From Lingula anatina (taxonomy: Eukaryota; Animalia; Brachiopoda): 64,000 bases of DNA. Location: the NCBI GenBank assembly GCA_051362555.1, contig CM120642.1, positions 22,010,001-22,074,000 on the forward strand, written 5' to 3'. Below are positions 12,201-27,700 of the stretch, one piece after another (position 1 is the stretch's first letter; the number at the start of each line of letters is the position of its first letter). A model generated the notes under the pieces. That model made no database searches. It had not been told where the DNA came from and was given only the letters and a program-made list of their open reading frames with translations. The translations under genes were made by a program, and so were the position numbers.

Positions 12201-13735
12201 ATTGTCATTATATGTGTTTGTATATGTATTGTGATCACTGTGTATGTCTGTGTTTTCACCCTATCACTGATCACTGTGCATGACTGTGCTATCACCTAAT
12301 TATATAATTAGTGTTCATTCTGGTTACTGTGCATGGTTGCGTTGTCACTGTACATGTCAAAATTTATTCTGATCACTGTGTATGTCTGTATTGTGACTGT
12401 GTTTGTTTGTATTTATTAACATTACTGTTCATGTTTGTGTCATTACTGTTGGTGTTTTTATTTATTGTTAGTAATGTGTATGTCAGTTTTGTCTTTAAAT
12501 TACTACTGCGCTGAATGATGGTGTTTTCAATGTATGACTATGTTTCTGTTTATATTCTGTTTGCTGTGTCTATTCACTATTGCTACTGAATGTGTTTGTA
12601 TATATTGTGGTTACTGTGTATGGCTATGTTTCCACCATTTTTCCTTGTGTTTATTCTAATTACAGTGCACATTACTATTATCAATGTACATGTTTATATT
12701 AATTTTGACCACTGTGTATGTTTGTGTTGTTACTGTTTGTGTCTACACATTATTCTGATCACTATGAAAGTCTGTTTGTCCTTCTATTTGTTTGTAATAA
12801 TTATCATTACTGTGCCTGTTAATGTTATCACTGTTTGTGTTTGTATTTATTGTGATCACTGTATGTGTTTGCATAGTTACTGTTTATGTTTGTATTTATT
12901 GTGAACACTGTTTCTATTCTGTACTGTCATTGTACATGTTTGTATATATATTGTGATCACTGTGTATATCTCTGTTTTTCACTCCATCACTGATCACTGT
13001 GTATTACTGTGTATTACTGTGTAATCATCCAATTAATTTGTGTTTATTCTGATTACTATACATGGTTGCGTTGTCACTGTACATGTCAAAATTTATTCTG
13101 AACACTGTGTATGTCTGTATTGTGACTGTGTTTGTTTGTATTTATTTACATTACTGCTCTCGTTTGTGTTGTCACTGTTCGTGTTTGTATTTATTGTGAG
13201 CAATGTGCATGTCTGTTTTGTCAATGTATTTGTTTGTAATCATTACTATTACTCTGCATTATAGTACTGTCACTGTATGTCTGTGTGTCTGTTTATATTC
13301 TTGTGTTCATTTTCATTACTGTGGAAGTTACTTTTATCACTTTTACTGTTAATATTTATTTTGTTCACTATGCTTGTTACTGTTATAACAGCTACTTGGT
13401 TACTTTACATGGTTGTGTAGTCACTGTACATGTCAGCTTATTCTGTTCATTGTGTATGTCTGTGTTTTCACCCCATCACTATCACTGTGTATGACTGTGC
13501 TATCACCTAATTATATATGTGTTTATTCTGGTTACTGTGCATGGTTGTGTTGTCACTGTACATGTCAAAATTTATTCTGATCACTGTGTATGTCTGTATT
13601 GTGACTGTGTTTGTTTGTATTTATTTACATTACTGTTCATGTTTGTGTCATTACTGTTGGTGTTTGTATTTATTGTTAGCAATGCTTATGTCAGTTTTGT
13701 CACTCTCTTTGTTTTGTCACTCTCTTGTGTTTATT
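9233..13735 (+). repeat. HOR copy U3, 4503-bp variant with 'B' SNP head
   Basis: Anchor spacing 4503; junction at 13715-13723; B alleles such as ttgcgatc and gtacagct. Confidence 0.95.
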
Positions 13736-15732
13736 CTAATTACAGTGCACATTACTATTATCAATGTACATGTTTATATTCATTTTGATCACTGTGTATG
13801 TTTGCGTTGTTACTGTTTGTGTCTGCATATAATTCTGATCACTGTGTAAGTCTGTTTGTTTTTCTATTTGTTTGTAATCATTATCATTGCTGTTCATGTT
13901 TGTGTTGTCATTGTTTGGGTTTGTTTTTATTGCGATCACTGTGTATGTTTGTGTCATTATTGTTGGTGTTTGTATTTATTATTAGCAATGTGTATGTCAG
14001 TTTTGTCCCTCTATTTGTTTATTATTATAACTATAGCACTGAATGCTGAGTGTTGTCAATGTATGTCTATGTGTCTATTTATATTCTTTTTTCTGTGTCT
14101 ATTCTGTATTGATACTAAATGTGTTTGTGTATATTGTGATGATTGTGTACAGCTATGTTTGCACTCTTTTCCCTTGTGTTCATTGTCATATCAGTTCACA
14201 TTACTGTTATCAATGTTCATGTATATATTTATTTTGATCAAAGTGTATGTTTGTGTTGTTATTGTTTGTGTCTGCACATAATTCTGATCACTGTGAAAGT
14301 CTATTTGTCCTTCTGTTTGTTTGTAATAAATATCATTACTGTGCATGTTAATGTTGTCACTGTTTGTGTTTGTATTTATCGTGATCACTGTATGTGTTTG
14401 CGTCATTACTATTAATGTTTGTATTTATTGTGAACACTATTTCCATTCTGTACTGTTCGTGTTTGTATATATATTGTGATCACTGTGTATGTCTCTGTTT
14501 TCACTCCATCACTGATCACTGTGTATTACTGTGTAATCATCCAATTAATTTGTGTTCATTCTGATTACTCTACATGGTTGTGTTGTCACTGTACATGTCA
14601 AAATTTATTCTGATCACTGTGAAAGTCTATTTGTCCTTCTGTTTGTTTGTAATAAATATCATTACTGTGCCTGTTAATGTTATCACTGTTTGTGTTTGTA
14701 TTTATTGTGATCACTGTATGTGTTTGCATAGTTACTGTTTATGTTTGTATTTATTGTGAACACTGTTTCTATTCTGTACTGTCATTGTACATGTTTGTAT
14801 ATATATTGTGATCACTGTGTATATCTCTGTTTTTCACTCCATCACTGATCACTGTGTATTACTGTGTATTACTGTGTAATCATCCAATTAATTTGTGTTT
14901 ATTCTGATTACTATACATGGTTGCATTGTCACTGTACATGTCAAAATTTATTCTGATCACTGTGTATGTCTGTATTGGGACTGTGTTTGTTTGTATTTAT
15001 TTACATTACTGCTCTCGTTTGTGTTGTCACTGTTCGTGTTTGTATTTATTGTGAGCAATGTGCATGTCTGTTTTGTCAATGTATTTGTTTGTAATCATTA
15101 CTATTACTCTGCATGATAGTACTGTCACTGTATGTCTGTGTGTCTGTTTATATTCTTGTGTTCATTTTCATTACTGTGGAAGTTACTTTTATCACTTTTA
15201 CTGTTAATATTTATTTTGTTCACTATGCTTGTTACTGTTATAACAGCTACTTGGTTACTTTACATGGTTGTGTTGTCACTGTACATGTCAGCTTATTCTG
15301 TTCACTGTGTATGTCTGTGTTTTCACCCCATCACTATCACTGTGTATGATTCTGCTATCACCTAATTATATATGTGTTTATTCTGGTTACTGTGCATGGT
15401 TGTGTTGTCACTGTACATGTCAAAATTTATTCTGATCACTGTGTATGTCTGTATTGTGACTCTGTTTGTTTGTATTTATTTACATTACTGTTCATGTTTG
15501 TGTCATTACTGTTGGTGTTTGTATTTATTGTTAGCAATGCTTATGTCAGTTTTGTCACTCTCTTTGTTTGTAAACATTACTATTGCTCTGAATGATGGTA
15601 TTGTCAATGTATGACTATGTGTCTGTTTATATTCTGTTTGCTATGTCTATTCACTATTGCTACTGAGTGTGTTTGTATATATTGTGATGACTGTGTACGC
15701 CCATGTTTCCACTCTTTTTCCTTGTGTTTATT
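13736..15732 (+). repeat. HOR copy U4, short 1997-bp variant (net -2648 bp)
   Basis: Anchor spacing 1997; junction near 14621/14622 joins U1-equivalent ~970 to ~3619. Confidence 0.95.
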
Positions 15733-18700
15733 CTAATTACAGTGCACATTACTATTATCAATGTACATGTTTATATTCATTTTAATCACTGTGTATGTTT
15801 GCGTTGTTACTGTTTGTGTCTGCATATATTTCTGATCACTGTGTAAGTCTGTTTGTTTTTCTATTTGTTTGTAATCATTGTCATTGCTGTTCATGTTTGT
15901 GTTGTCATTGTTTTGGTTTGTTTTTATTGGGATCACTGTGTATGTTTGTGTCATTATTGTTGGTGTTTGTATTTATTATTAGCAATGTGTATGTCAGTTT
16001 TGTCCCTCTATTTGTTTATTATTATAACTATAGCACTGAATGCTGAGTGTTGTCAATGTATGTCTATGTGTCTATTTATATTCTTTTTTCTGTGTCTATT
16101 CTGTATTGATACTAAATGTGTTTGTGTATATTGTGATGACTGTGTACGGCTATGTTTGCACTCTTTTCCCTTGTGTTCATTGTCATAACAGTGCACGTTA
16201 CTGTTATCACTGTCCATGTATATATTTATTTTGATCAAAGTGTATGTTTGTGTTGTTATTGTTTGTGTCTGCACATAATTCTGATCACTGTGAAAGTCTA
16301 TTTGTCCTTCTGTTTGTTTGTAATAAATATCATTACTGTGCATGTTAATGTTGTCACTGTTTGTGTTTGTATTTATCGTGATCACTGTATGTGTTTGCGT
16401 CATTACTATTAATGTTTGTATTTATTGTGAACACTATTTCCATTCTGTACTGTTCGTGTTTGTATATATATTGTGATCACTGTGTATGTCTCTGTTTTCA
16501 CTCCATCACTGATCACTGTGTATTACTGTGTAATCATCCAATTAATTTGTGTTCATTCTGATTACTCTACATGGTTGTGTTGTCACTGTACATGTCAAAA
16601 TTCATTCTGATCACTGTGTATGTCTGTATTGTGACTGTGTTTGTTTGTATTTATTTACATTAATGTTCATGTTTGTGTTGGCACTGGTCATTTTTGTATT
16701 TATTGTGAGCATTATGTACGTCTATTTTGTCAGTGTATTTGTTTGTAATCATTACTATTACTCTGCATGATAGTACTGTCACTGTATGTCTATGTGTCTG
16801 TTTATATTCTGTTCTCTGAGTCTATTCTGTATTGTCACTGTATGTGTTTCCATGTATTGTGATCACTGTGTATGGCTATGTTTTCACTCTTTTTCCTTGT
16901 GTTCATTTTCATTACGATGCATGTTACTGTTATAACTGTACATGTTAATATTTATTTTGATCACTGTACCTGTTTGTGTCATTACTGTTGGTGTTTGTAT
17001 TTATTGAGAGCAATGTTTATGTCAGTTTTTTCTCTCTATATGTTTTTAATCATTATTATAACTGTTCATGTTTGTGTTGTTGCTGCAAGCATAGATTGTG
17101 GCTGTTTATATTCCGATTGCTGTTTCCATTTTCTATTGTCATGTGTGTATGTCTGTATTGTGACCGTGTTTGTTTGTATTTATTTACATTACTGTTCATG
17201 TTTGTGTCATTACTGTTGGTGTTTGTATTAATTGTTAGCAATGCTTATGTCAGTTTTGTCCCTCTTTTTGTTTATTATTATAACTATAGCACTGAATGCT
17301 GAGTGTTGTCAAGGTATGTCTATGTGTCTCTTTATATTCTTTTTCTGTGTCTATTCTGTATTGATACTAAATGTGTTTGTGTATATTGTGATGACTGTGT
17401 ACGGCTATGTTTGCACTCTTTTCCCTTGTGTTCATTGTCATAACAGTGCACATTACTGTTATCATTGTCCATGTGAATATTTATTAAGATCAATGTGTAT
17501 GTTTGTGTTGTTACTGTTTGTGTCTGCACATAATTCTGATCACTGTGAAAGTCTATTTGTCCTTCTGTTTGTTTGTAATAATTCTCATTACTGTGCATGA
17601 TAATGATGTCACTGTTTGTGTTTGTATTTATTGTGATCCATGTATGTGTTTGCGTAGGTACTGTTGTTGTTTGTATTTATTGTGAACACTGTTTCTATTC
17701 AGTGCTGTCATTGTACGTGTTTGTATATATATTGTGATCACTTCATCCTTGTGTTCATTTTCATTACAATGCATGTTACTGTTATAACAGTTACTTTGTT
17801 ACTTTATATGGTTGTGTTGTCACTGTACATGTCAACTTATTCTGTTCACTGTGTATGTCTGTATTGTGACTGTGTTTGTTTGTATTTATTTTGATTACTG
17901 TGCATGATTGTCTTGTCACTGTTTGTGTTTGTATTTATCATGATCACTGTTTATGTTTGCGTCGTTACTGTTGATGTTTGTATTTATTGTCAACACTGTT
18001 TCCATGCTGTACTGTCATTGTATGTTTTTGTATATATATTGTGATCACTGTGTATGTCTTTGTTTTCACCCCATCACTGATCATTGTGTATGACTGTGCT
18101 ATCACCTAATTAATTAGTGTTCATTCTGGTTACTGTGCATGGTTGTGTTGTTACTATACATGTCAAAATTTATTCTGATCACTGTGTATGTCTGTATTGT
18201 GACTGTGTTTGTTTGTATTTATTCACATTACTGTTCACATTTGTGTTGTCACTGTTCGTGTTTCTATTTATTGTGAGCAATGTGTATGTCTGTTTTGTCA
18301 ATGTATTTGTTTGTAATCATTTCTATTACTCTGCATGATGGTACTGTCACTGTATGTGTATGTGTCTCTTTATATTCTGTTCTCTGTGTCTATTCTGTAT
18401 TGTCACTGTATGTGTTTCCATGTATTGTGATCACTGTGTACGGCTATGTTTTCACTCTTTTTTCCTTTTGCTCATTTTCATTACGAAGCATGTTACTGTT
18501 ATAACTGTGCATGTTAATATTTATTTTGATCACTGTTCATGTTTGTGTCATTACTGTTGGTGTTTCTATTGTGAGCAATGTTTATGTCAGTTTTTACTCT
18601 CTATATGTTTCTTTATCATTATTATAACTGTTCATGTTTGTGTTGTTGCTGTAAGCATAGTTTGTGTCTTTTTATGTTCCAATTGCTGTTTCCATTCTCT

Positions 18701-20235
18701 ATTGTCATTATATGTGTTTGTATATGTATTGTGATCACTGTGTATGTCTGTGTTTTCACCCTATCACTGATCACTGTGCATGACTGTGCTATCACCTAAT
18801 TATATAATTAGTGTTCATTCTGGTTACTGTGCATGGTTGCGTTGTCACTGTACATGTCAAAATTTATTCTGATCACTGTGTATGTCTGTATTGTGACTGT
18901 GTTTGTTTGTATTTATTAACATTACTGTTCATGTTTGTGTCATTACTGTTGGTGTTTTTATTTATTGTTAGTAATGTGTATGTCAGTTTTGTCTTTAAAT
19001 TACTACTGCGCTGAATGATGGTGTTTTCAATGTATGACTATGTTTCTGTTTATATTCTGTTTGCTGTGTCTATTCACTATTGCTACTGAATGTGTTTGTA
19101 TATATTGTGGTTACTGTGTATGGCTATGTTTCCACCCTTTTTCCTTGTGTTTATTCTAATTACAGTGCACATTACTATTATCAATGTACATGTTTATATT
19201 AATTTTGACCACTGTGTATGTTTGTGTTGTTACTGTTTGTGTCTACACATTATTCTGATCACTATGAAAGTCTGTTTGTCCTTCTATTTGTTTGTAATAA
19301 TTATCATTACTGTGCCTGTTAATGTTATCACTGTTTGTGTTTGTATTTATTGTGATCACTGTATGTGTTTGCATAGTTACTGTTTATGTTTGTATTTATT
19401 GTGAACACTGTTTCTATTCTGTACTGTCATTGTACATGTTTGTATATATATTGTGATCACTGTGTATATCTCTGTTTTTCACTCCATCACTGATCACTTT
19501 GTATTACTGTGTATTACTGTGTAATCATCCAATTAATTTGTGTTTATTCTGATTACTATACATGGTTGCGTTGTCACTGTACATGTCAAAATTTATTCTG
19601 AACACTGTGTATGTCTGTATTGTGACTGTGTTTGTTTGTATTTATTTACATTACTGCTCTCGTTTGTGTTGTCACTGTTCGTGTTTGTATTTATTGTGAG
19701 CAATGTGCATGTCTGTTTTGTCAATGTATTTGTTTGTAATCATTACTATTACTCTGCATGATAGTACTGTCACTGTATGTCTGTGTGTCTGTTTATATTC
19801 TTGTGTTCATTTTCATTACTGTGGAAGTTACTTTTATCACTTTTACTGTTAATATTTATTTTGTTCACTATGCTTGTTACTGTTATAACAGCTACTTGGT
19901 TACTTTACATGGTTGTGTAGTCACTGTACATGTCAGCTTATTCTGTTCATTGTGTATGTCTGTGTTTTCACCCCATCACTATCACTGTGTATGACTGTGC
20001 TATCACCTAATTATATATGTGTTTATTCTGGTTACTGTGCATGGTTGTGTTGTCACTGTACATGTCAAAATTTATTCTGATCACTGTGTATGTCTGTATT
20101 GTGACTGTGTTTGTTTGTATTTATTTACATTACTGTTCATGTTTGTGTCATTACTGTTGGTGTTTGTATTTATTGTTAGCAATGCTTATGTCAGTTTTGT
20201 CACTCTCTTTGTTTTGTCACTCTCTTGTGTTTATT
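15733..20235 (+). repeat. HOR copy U5, 4503-bp variant, near-identical to U2
   Basis: Anchor spacing 4503; offset 11003 from U2; junction at 20215-20223. Confidence 0.95.
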
Positions 20236-23200
20236 CTAATTACAGTGCACATTACTATTATCAATGTACATGTTTATATTCATTTTGATCACTGTGTATG
20301 TTTGCGTTGTTACTGTTTGTGTCTGCATATAATTCTGATCACTGTGTAAGTCTGTTTGTTTTTCTATTTGTTTGTAATCATTATCATTGCTGTTCATGTT
20401 TGTGTTGTCATTGTTTGGGTTTGTTTTTATTGCGATCACTGTGTATGTTTGTGTCATTATTGTTGGTGTTTGTATTTATTATTAGCAATGTGTATGTCAG
20501 TTTTGTCCCTCTATTTGTTTATTATTATAACTATAGCACTGAATGCTGAGTGTTGTCAATGTATGTCTATGTGTCTATTTATATTCTTTTTTCTGTGTCT
20601 ATTCTGTATTGATACTAAATGTGTTTGTGTATATTGTGATGATTGTGTACAGCTATGTTTGCACTCTTTTCCCTTGTGTTCATTGTCATATCAGTTCACA
20701 TTACTGTTATCACTGTTCATGTATATATTTATTTTGATCAAAGTGTATGTTTGTGTTGTTATTGTTTGTGTCTGCACATAATTCTGATCACTGTGAAAGT
20801 CTATTTGTCCTTCTGTTTGTTTGTAATAAATATCATTACTGTGCATGTTAATGTTGTCACTGTTTGTGTTTGTATTTATCGTGATCACTGTATGTGTTTG
20901 CGTCATTACTATTGATGTTTGTATTTATTGTGAACACTATTTCCATTCTGTACTGTTCGTGTTTGTATATATATTGTGATCACTGTGTATGTCTCTGTTT
21001 TCACTCCATCACTGATCACTGTGTATTACTGTGTAATCATCCAATTAATTTGTGTTCATTCTGATTACTCTACATGGTTGTGTTGTCACTGTACATGTCA
21101 AAATTCATTCTGATCACTGTGTATGTCTGTATTGTGACTGTGTTTGTTTGTATTTATTTACATTAATGTTCATGTTTGTGTTGGCACTGGTCATTTTTGT
21201 ATTTATTGTGAGCATTATGTACGTCTATTTTGTCAGTGTATTTGTTTGTAATCATTACTATTACTCTGCATGATAGTACTGTCACTGTATGTCTATGTGT
21301 CTGTTTATATTCTGTTCTCTGTGTCTATTCTGTATTGTCACTGTATGTGTTTCCATGTATTGTGATCACTGTGTATGGCTATGTTTTCACTCTTTTTCCT
21401 TGTGGTCATTTTCATTACGATGCATGTTACTGTTATAACTGTACATGTTAATATTTATTTTGATCACTGTACCTGTTTGTGTCATTACTGTTGGTGTTTG
21501 TATTTATTGAGAGCAATGTTTATGTCAGTTTTTTCTCTCTATATGTTTTTAATCATTATTATAACTGTTCATGTTTGTGTTGTTGCTGCAAGCATAGATT
21601 GTGGCTGTTTATATTCCGATTGCTGTTTCCATTTTCTATTGTCATGTGTGTATGTCTGTATTGTGACTGTGTTTGTTTGTATTTATTTACATTACTGTTC
21701 ATGTTTGTGTCATTACTGTTGGTGTTTGTATTAATTGTTAGCAATGCTTATGTCAGTTTTGTCCCTCTTTTTGTTTATTATTATAACTATAGCACTCAAT
21801 GCTGAGTGTTGTCAATGTATGTCTATGTGTCTATTTATATTCTTTTTCTGTGTCTATTCTGTATTGATACTAAATGTGTTTGTGTATATTGTGATGACTG
21901 TGTACGGCTATGTTTGCACTCTTTTCCCTTGTGTTCATTGTCATAACAGTGCACATTACTGTTATCATTGTCCATGTGAATATTTATTAAGATCAATGTG
22001 TATGTTTGTGTTGTTACTGTTTGTGTCTGCACATAATTCTGATCACTGTGAAAGTCTATTTGTCCTTCTGTTTGTTTGTAATAATTCTCATTACTGTGCA
22101 TGATAATGATGTCACTGTTTGTGTTTGTATTTATTGTGATCACTGTGTGTGTTTGCGTAGGTACTGTTGTTGTTTGTATTTATTGTGAACACTGTTTCTA
22201 TTCAGTGCTGTCATTGTACGTGTTTGTATATATATTGTGATCACTCCATCCTTGTGTTCATTTTCATTACAATGCATGTTACTGTTATAACAGTTACTTT
22301 GTTACTTTATATGGTTGTGTTGTCACTGTACATGTCAACTTATTCTGTTCACTGTGTATGTCTGTATTGTGACTGTGTTTGTTTGTATTTATTTTGATTA
22401 CTGTGCATGATTGTCTTGTCACTGTTTGTGTTTGTATTTATCATGATCACTGTTTATGTTTGCGTCGTTACTGTTGATGTTTGTATTTATTGTCAACACT
22501 GTTTCCATGCTGTACTGTCATTGTATGTTTTTGTATATATATTGTGATCACTGTGTATGTCTTTGTTTTCACCCCATCACTGATCATTGTGTATGACTGT
22601 GCTATCACCTAATTAATTAGTGTTCATTCTGGTTACTGTGCATGGTTGTGTTGTCACTATACATGTCAAAATTTATTCTGATCACTGTGTATGTCTGTAT
22701 TGTGACTGTGTTTGTTTGTATTTATTCACATTACTGTTCACATTTGTGTTGTCACTGTTCGTGTTTCTATTTATTGTGAGCAATGTGTATGTCTGTTTTG
22801 TCAATGTATTTGTTTGTAATCATTTCTATTACTCTGCATGATGGTACTGTCACTGTATGTGTATGTGTCTCTTTATATTCTGTTCTCTGTGTCTATTCTG
22901 TATTGTCACTGTATGTGTTTCCATGTATTGTGATCACTGTGTACGGCTATGTTTTCACTCTTTTTTCCTTTTGCTCATTTTCATTACGAAGCATGTTACT
23001 GTTATAACTGTGCATGTTAATATTTATTTTGATCACTGTTCATGTTTGTGTCATTACTGTTGGTGTTTCTATTGTGAGCAATGTTTATGTCAGTTTTTAC
23101 TCTCTATATGTTTCTTTATCATTATTATAACTGTTCATGTTTGTGTTGTTGCTGTAAGCATAGTTTGTGTCTTTTTATGTTCCAATTGCTGTTTCCATTC

Positions 23201-24738
23201 TCTATTGTCATTATATGTGTTTGTATATGTATTGTGATCACTGTGTATGTCTGTGTTTTCACCCTATCACTGATCACTGTGCATGACTGTGCTATCACCT
23301 AATTATATAATTAGTGTTCATTCTGGTTACTGTGCATGGTTGCGTTGTCACTGTACATGTCAAAATTTATTCTGATCACTGTGTATGTCTGTATTGTGAC
23401 TGTGTTTGTTTGTATTTATTAACATTACTGTTCATGTTTGTGTCATTACTGTTGGTGTTTTTATTTATTGTTAGTAATGTGTATGTCAGTTTTGTCTTTA
23501 AATTACTACTGCGCTGAATGATGGTGTTTTCAATGTATGACTATGTTTCTGTTTATATTCTGTTTGCTGTGTCTATTCACTATTGCTACTGAATGTGTTT
23601 GTATATATTGTGGTTACTGTGTATGGCTATGTTTCCACCCTTTTTCCTTGTGTTTATTCTAATTACAGTGCACATTACTATTATCAATGTACATGTTTAT
23701 ATTAATTTTGACCACTGTGTATGTTTGTGTTGTTACTGTTTGTGTCTACACATTATTCTGATCACTATGAAAGTCTGTTTGTCCTTCTATTTGTTTGTAA
23801 TAATTATCATTACTGTGCCTGTTAATGTTATCACTGTTTGTGTTTGTATTTATTGTGATCACTGTATGTGTTTGCATAGTTACTGTTTATGTTTGTATTT
23901 ATTGTGAACACTGTTTCTATTCTGTACTGTCATTGTACATGTTTGTATATATATTGTGATCACTGTGTATATCTCTGTTTTTCACTCCATCACTGATCAC
24001 TTTGTATTACTGTGTATTACTGTGTAATCATCCAATTAATTTGTGTTTATTCTGATTACTATACATGGTTGCGTTGTCACTGTACATGTCAAAATTTATT
24101 CTGAACACTGTGTATGTCTGTATTGTGACTGTGTTTGTTTGTATTTATTTACATTACTGCTCTCGTTTGTGTTGTCACTGTTCGTGTTTGTATTTATTGT
24201 GAGCAATGTGCATGTCTGTTTTGTCAATGTATTTGTTTGTAATCATTACTATTACTCTGCATGATAGTACTGTCACTGTATGTCTGTGTGTCTGTTTATA
24301 TTCTTGTGTTCATTTTCATTACTGTGGAAGTTACTTTTATCACTTTTACTGTTAATATTTATTTTGTTCACTATGCTTGTTACTGTTATAACAGCTACTT
24401 GGTTACTTTACATGGTTGTGTAGTCACTGTACATGTCAGCTTATTCTGTTCATTGTGTATGTCTGTGTTTTCACCCCATCACTATCACTGTGTATGACTG
24501 TGCTATCACCTAATTATATATGTGTTTATTCTGGTTACTGTGCATGGTTGTGTTGTCACTGTACATGTCAAAATTTATTCTGATCACTGTGTATGTCTGT
24601 ATTGTGACTGTGTTTGTTTGTATTTATTTACATTACTGTTCATGTTTGTGTCATTACTGTTGGTGTTTGTATTTATTGTTAGCAATGCTTATGTCAGTTT
24701 TGTCACTCTCTTTGTTTTGTCACTCTCTTGTGTTTATT
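20236..24738 (+). repeat. HOR copy U6, 4503-bp variant
   Basis: Anchor spacing 4503; junction at 24718-24726. Confidence 0.95.
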
Positions 24739-27700
24739 CTAATTACAGTGCACATTACTATTATCAATGTACATGTTTATATTCATTTTGATCACTGTGT
24801 ATGTTTGCGTTGTTACTGTTTGTGTCTGCATATAATTCTGATCACTGTGTAAGTCTGTTTGTTTTTCTATTTGTTTGTAATCATTATCATTGCTGTTCAT
24901 GTTTGTGTTGTCATTGTTTGGGTTTGTTTTTATTGCGATCACTGTGTATGTTTGTGTCATTATTGTTGGTGTTTGTATTTATTATTAGCAATGTGTATGT
25001 CAGTTTTGTCCCTCTATTTGTTTATTATTATAACTATAGCACTGAATGCTGAGTGTTGTCAATGTATGTCTATGTGTCTATTTATATTCTTTTTTCTGTG
25101 TCTATTCTGTATTGATACTAAATGTGTTTGTGTATATTGTGATGATTGTGTACAGCTATGTTTGCACTCTTTTCCCTTGTGTTCATTGTCATATCAGTTC
25201 ACATTACTGTTATCACTGTTCATGTATATATTTATTTTGATCAAAGTGTATGTTTGTGTTGTTATTGTTTGTGTCTGCACATAATTCTGATCACTGTGAA
25301 AGTCTATTTGTCCTTCTGTTTGTTTGTAATAAATATCATTACTGTGCATGTTAATGTTGTCACTGTTTGTGTTTGTATTTATCGTGATCACTGTATGTGT
25401 TTGCGTCATTACTATTGATGTTTGTATTTATTGTGAACACTATTTCCATTCTGTACTGTTCGTGTTTGTATATATATTGTGATCACTGTGTATGTCTCTG
25501 TTTTCACTCCATCACTGATCACTGTGTATTACTGTGTAATCATCCAATTAATTTGTGTTCATTCTGATTACTCTACATGGTTGTGTTGTCACTGTACATG
25601 TCAAAATTCATTCTGATCACTGTGTATGTCTGTATTGTGACTGTGTTTGTTTGTATTTATTTACATTAATGTTCATGTTTGTGTTGGCACTGGTCATTTT
25701 TGTATTTATTGTGAGCATTATGTACGTCTATTTTGTCAGTGTATTTGTTTGTAATCATTACTATTACTCTGCATGATAGTACTGTCACTGTATGTCTATG
25801 TGTCTGTTTATATTCTGTTCTCTGTGTCTATTCTGTATTGTCACTGTATGTGTTTCCATGTATTGTGATCACTGTGTATGGCTATGTTTTCACTCTTTTT
25901 CCTTGTGGTCATTTTCATTACGATGCATGTTACTGTTATAACTGTACATGTTAATATTTATTTTGATCACTGTACCTGTTTGTGTCATTACTGTTGGTGT
26001 TTGTATTTATTGAGAGCAATGTTTATGTCAGTTTTTTCTCTCTATATGTTTTTAATCATTATTATAACTGTTCATGTTTGTGTTGTTGCTGCAAGCATAG
26101 ATTGTGGCTGTTTATATTCCGATTGCTGTTTCCATTTTCTATTGTCATGTGTGTATGTCTGTATTGTGACTGTGTTTGTTTGTATTTATTTACATTACTG
26201 TTCATGTTTGTGTCATTACTGTTGGTGTTTGTATTAATTGTTAGCAATGCTTATGTCAGTTTTGTCCCTCTTTTTGTTTATTATTATAACTATAGCACTC
26301 AATGCTGAGTGTTGTCAATGTATGTCTATGTGTCTATTTATATTCTTTTTCTGTGTCTATTCTGTATTGATACTAAATGTGTTTGTGTATATTGTGATGA
26401 CTGTGTACGGCTATGTTTGCACTCTTTTCCCTTGTGTTCATTGTCATAACAGTGCACATTACTGTTATCATTGTCCATGTGAATATTTATTAAGATCAAT
26501 GTGTATGTTTGTGTTGTTACTGTTTGTGTCTGCACATAATTCTGATCACTGTGAAAGTCTATTTGTCCTTCTGTTTGTTTGTAATAATTCTCATTACTGT
26601 GCATGATAATGATGTCACTGTTTGTGTTTGTATTTATTGTGATCACTGTGTGTGTTTGCGTAGGTACTGTTGTTGTTTGTATTTATTGTGAACACTGTTT
26701 CTATTCAGTGCTGTCATTGTACGTGTTTGTATATATATTGTGATCACTCCATCCTTGTGTTCATTTTCATTACAATGCATGTTACTGTTATAACAGTTAC
26801 TTTGTTACTTTATATGGTTGTGTTGTCACTGTACATGTCAACTTATTCTGTTCACTGTGTATGTCTGTATTGTGACTGTGTTTGTTTGTATTTATTTTGA
26901 TTACTGTGCATGATTGTCTTGTCACTGTTTGTGTTTGTATTTATCATGATCACTGTTTATGTTTGCGTCGTTACTGTTGATGTTTGTATTTATTGTCAAC
27001 ACTGTTTCCATGCTGTACTGTCATTGTATGTTTTTGTATATATATTGTGATCACTGTGTATGTCTTTGTTTTCACCCCATCACTGATCATTGTGTATGAC
27101 TGTGCTATCACCTAATTAATTAGTGTTCATTCTGGTTACTGTGCATGGTTGTGTTGTCACTATACATGTCAAAATTTATTCTGATCACTGTGTATGTCTG
27201 TATTGTGACTGTGTTTGTTTGTATTTATTCACATTACTGTTCACATTTGTGTTGTCACTGTTCGTGTTTCTATTTATTGTGAGCAATGTGTATGTCTGTT
27301 TTGTCAATGTATTTGTTTGTAATCATTTCTATTACTCTGCATGATGGTACTGTCACTGTATGTGTATGTGTCTCTTTATATTCTGTTCTCTGTGTCTATT
27401 CTGTATTGTCACTGTATGTGTTTCCATGTATTGTGATCACTGTGTACGGCTATGTTTTCACTCTTTTTTCCTTTTGCTCATTTTCATTACGAAGCATGTT
27501 ACTGTTATAACTGTGCATGTTAATATTTATTTTGATCACTGTTCATGTTTGTGTCATTACTGTTGGTGTTTCTATTGTGAGCAATGTTTATGTCAGTTTT
27601 TACTCTCTATATGTTTCTTTATCATTATTATAACTGTTCATGTTTGTGTTGTTGCTGTAAGCATAGTTTGTGTCTTTTTATGTTCCAATTGCTGTTTCCA

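Noticed and set aside
14615-14622. The 2648-bp deletion breakpoint lying right after a CACTGTG heptamer, as if cut by RAG
   Set aside because: The switch could be anywhere in a 15-bp shared homology, the heptamer occurs in a large fraction of monomers, and this site lacks a nonamer-like sequence at the 12-bp position.
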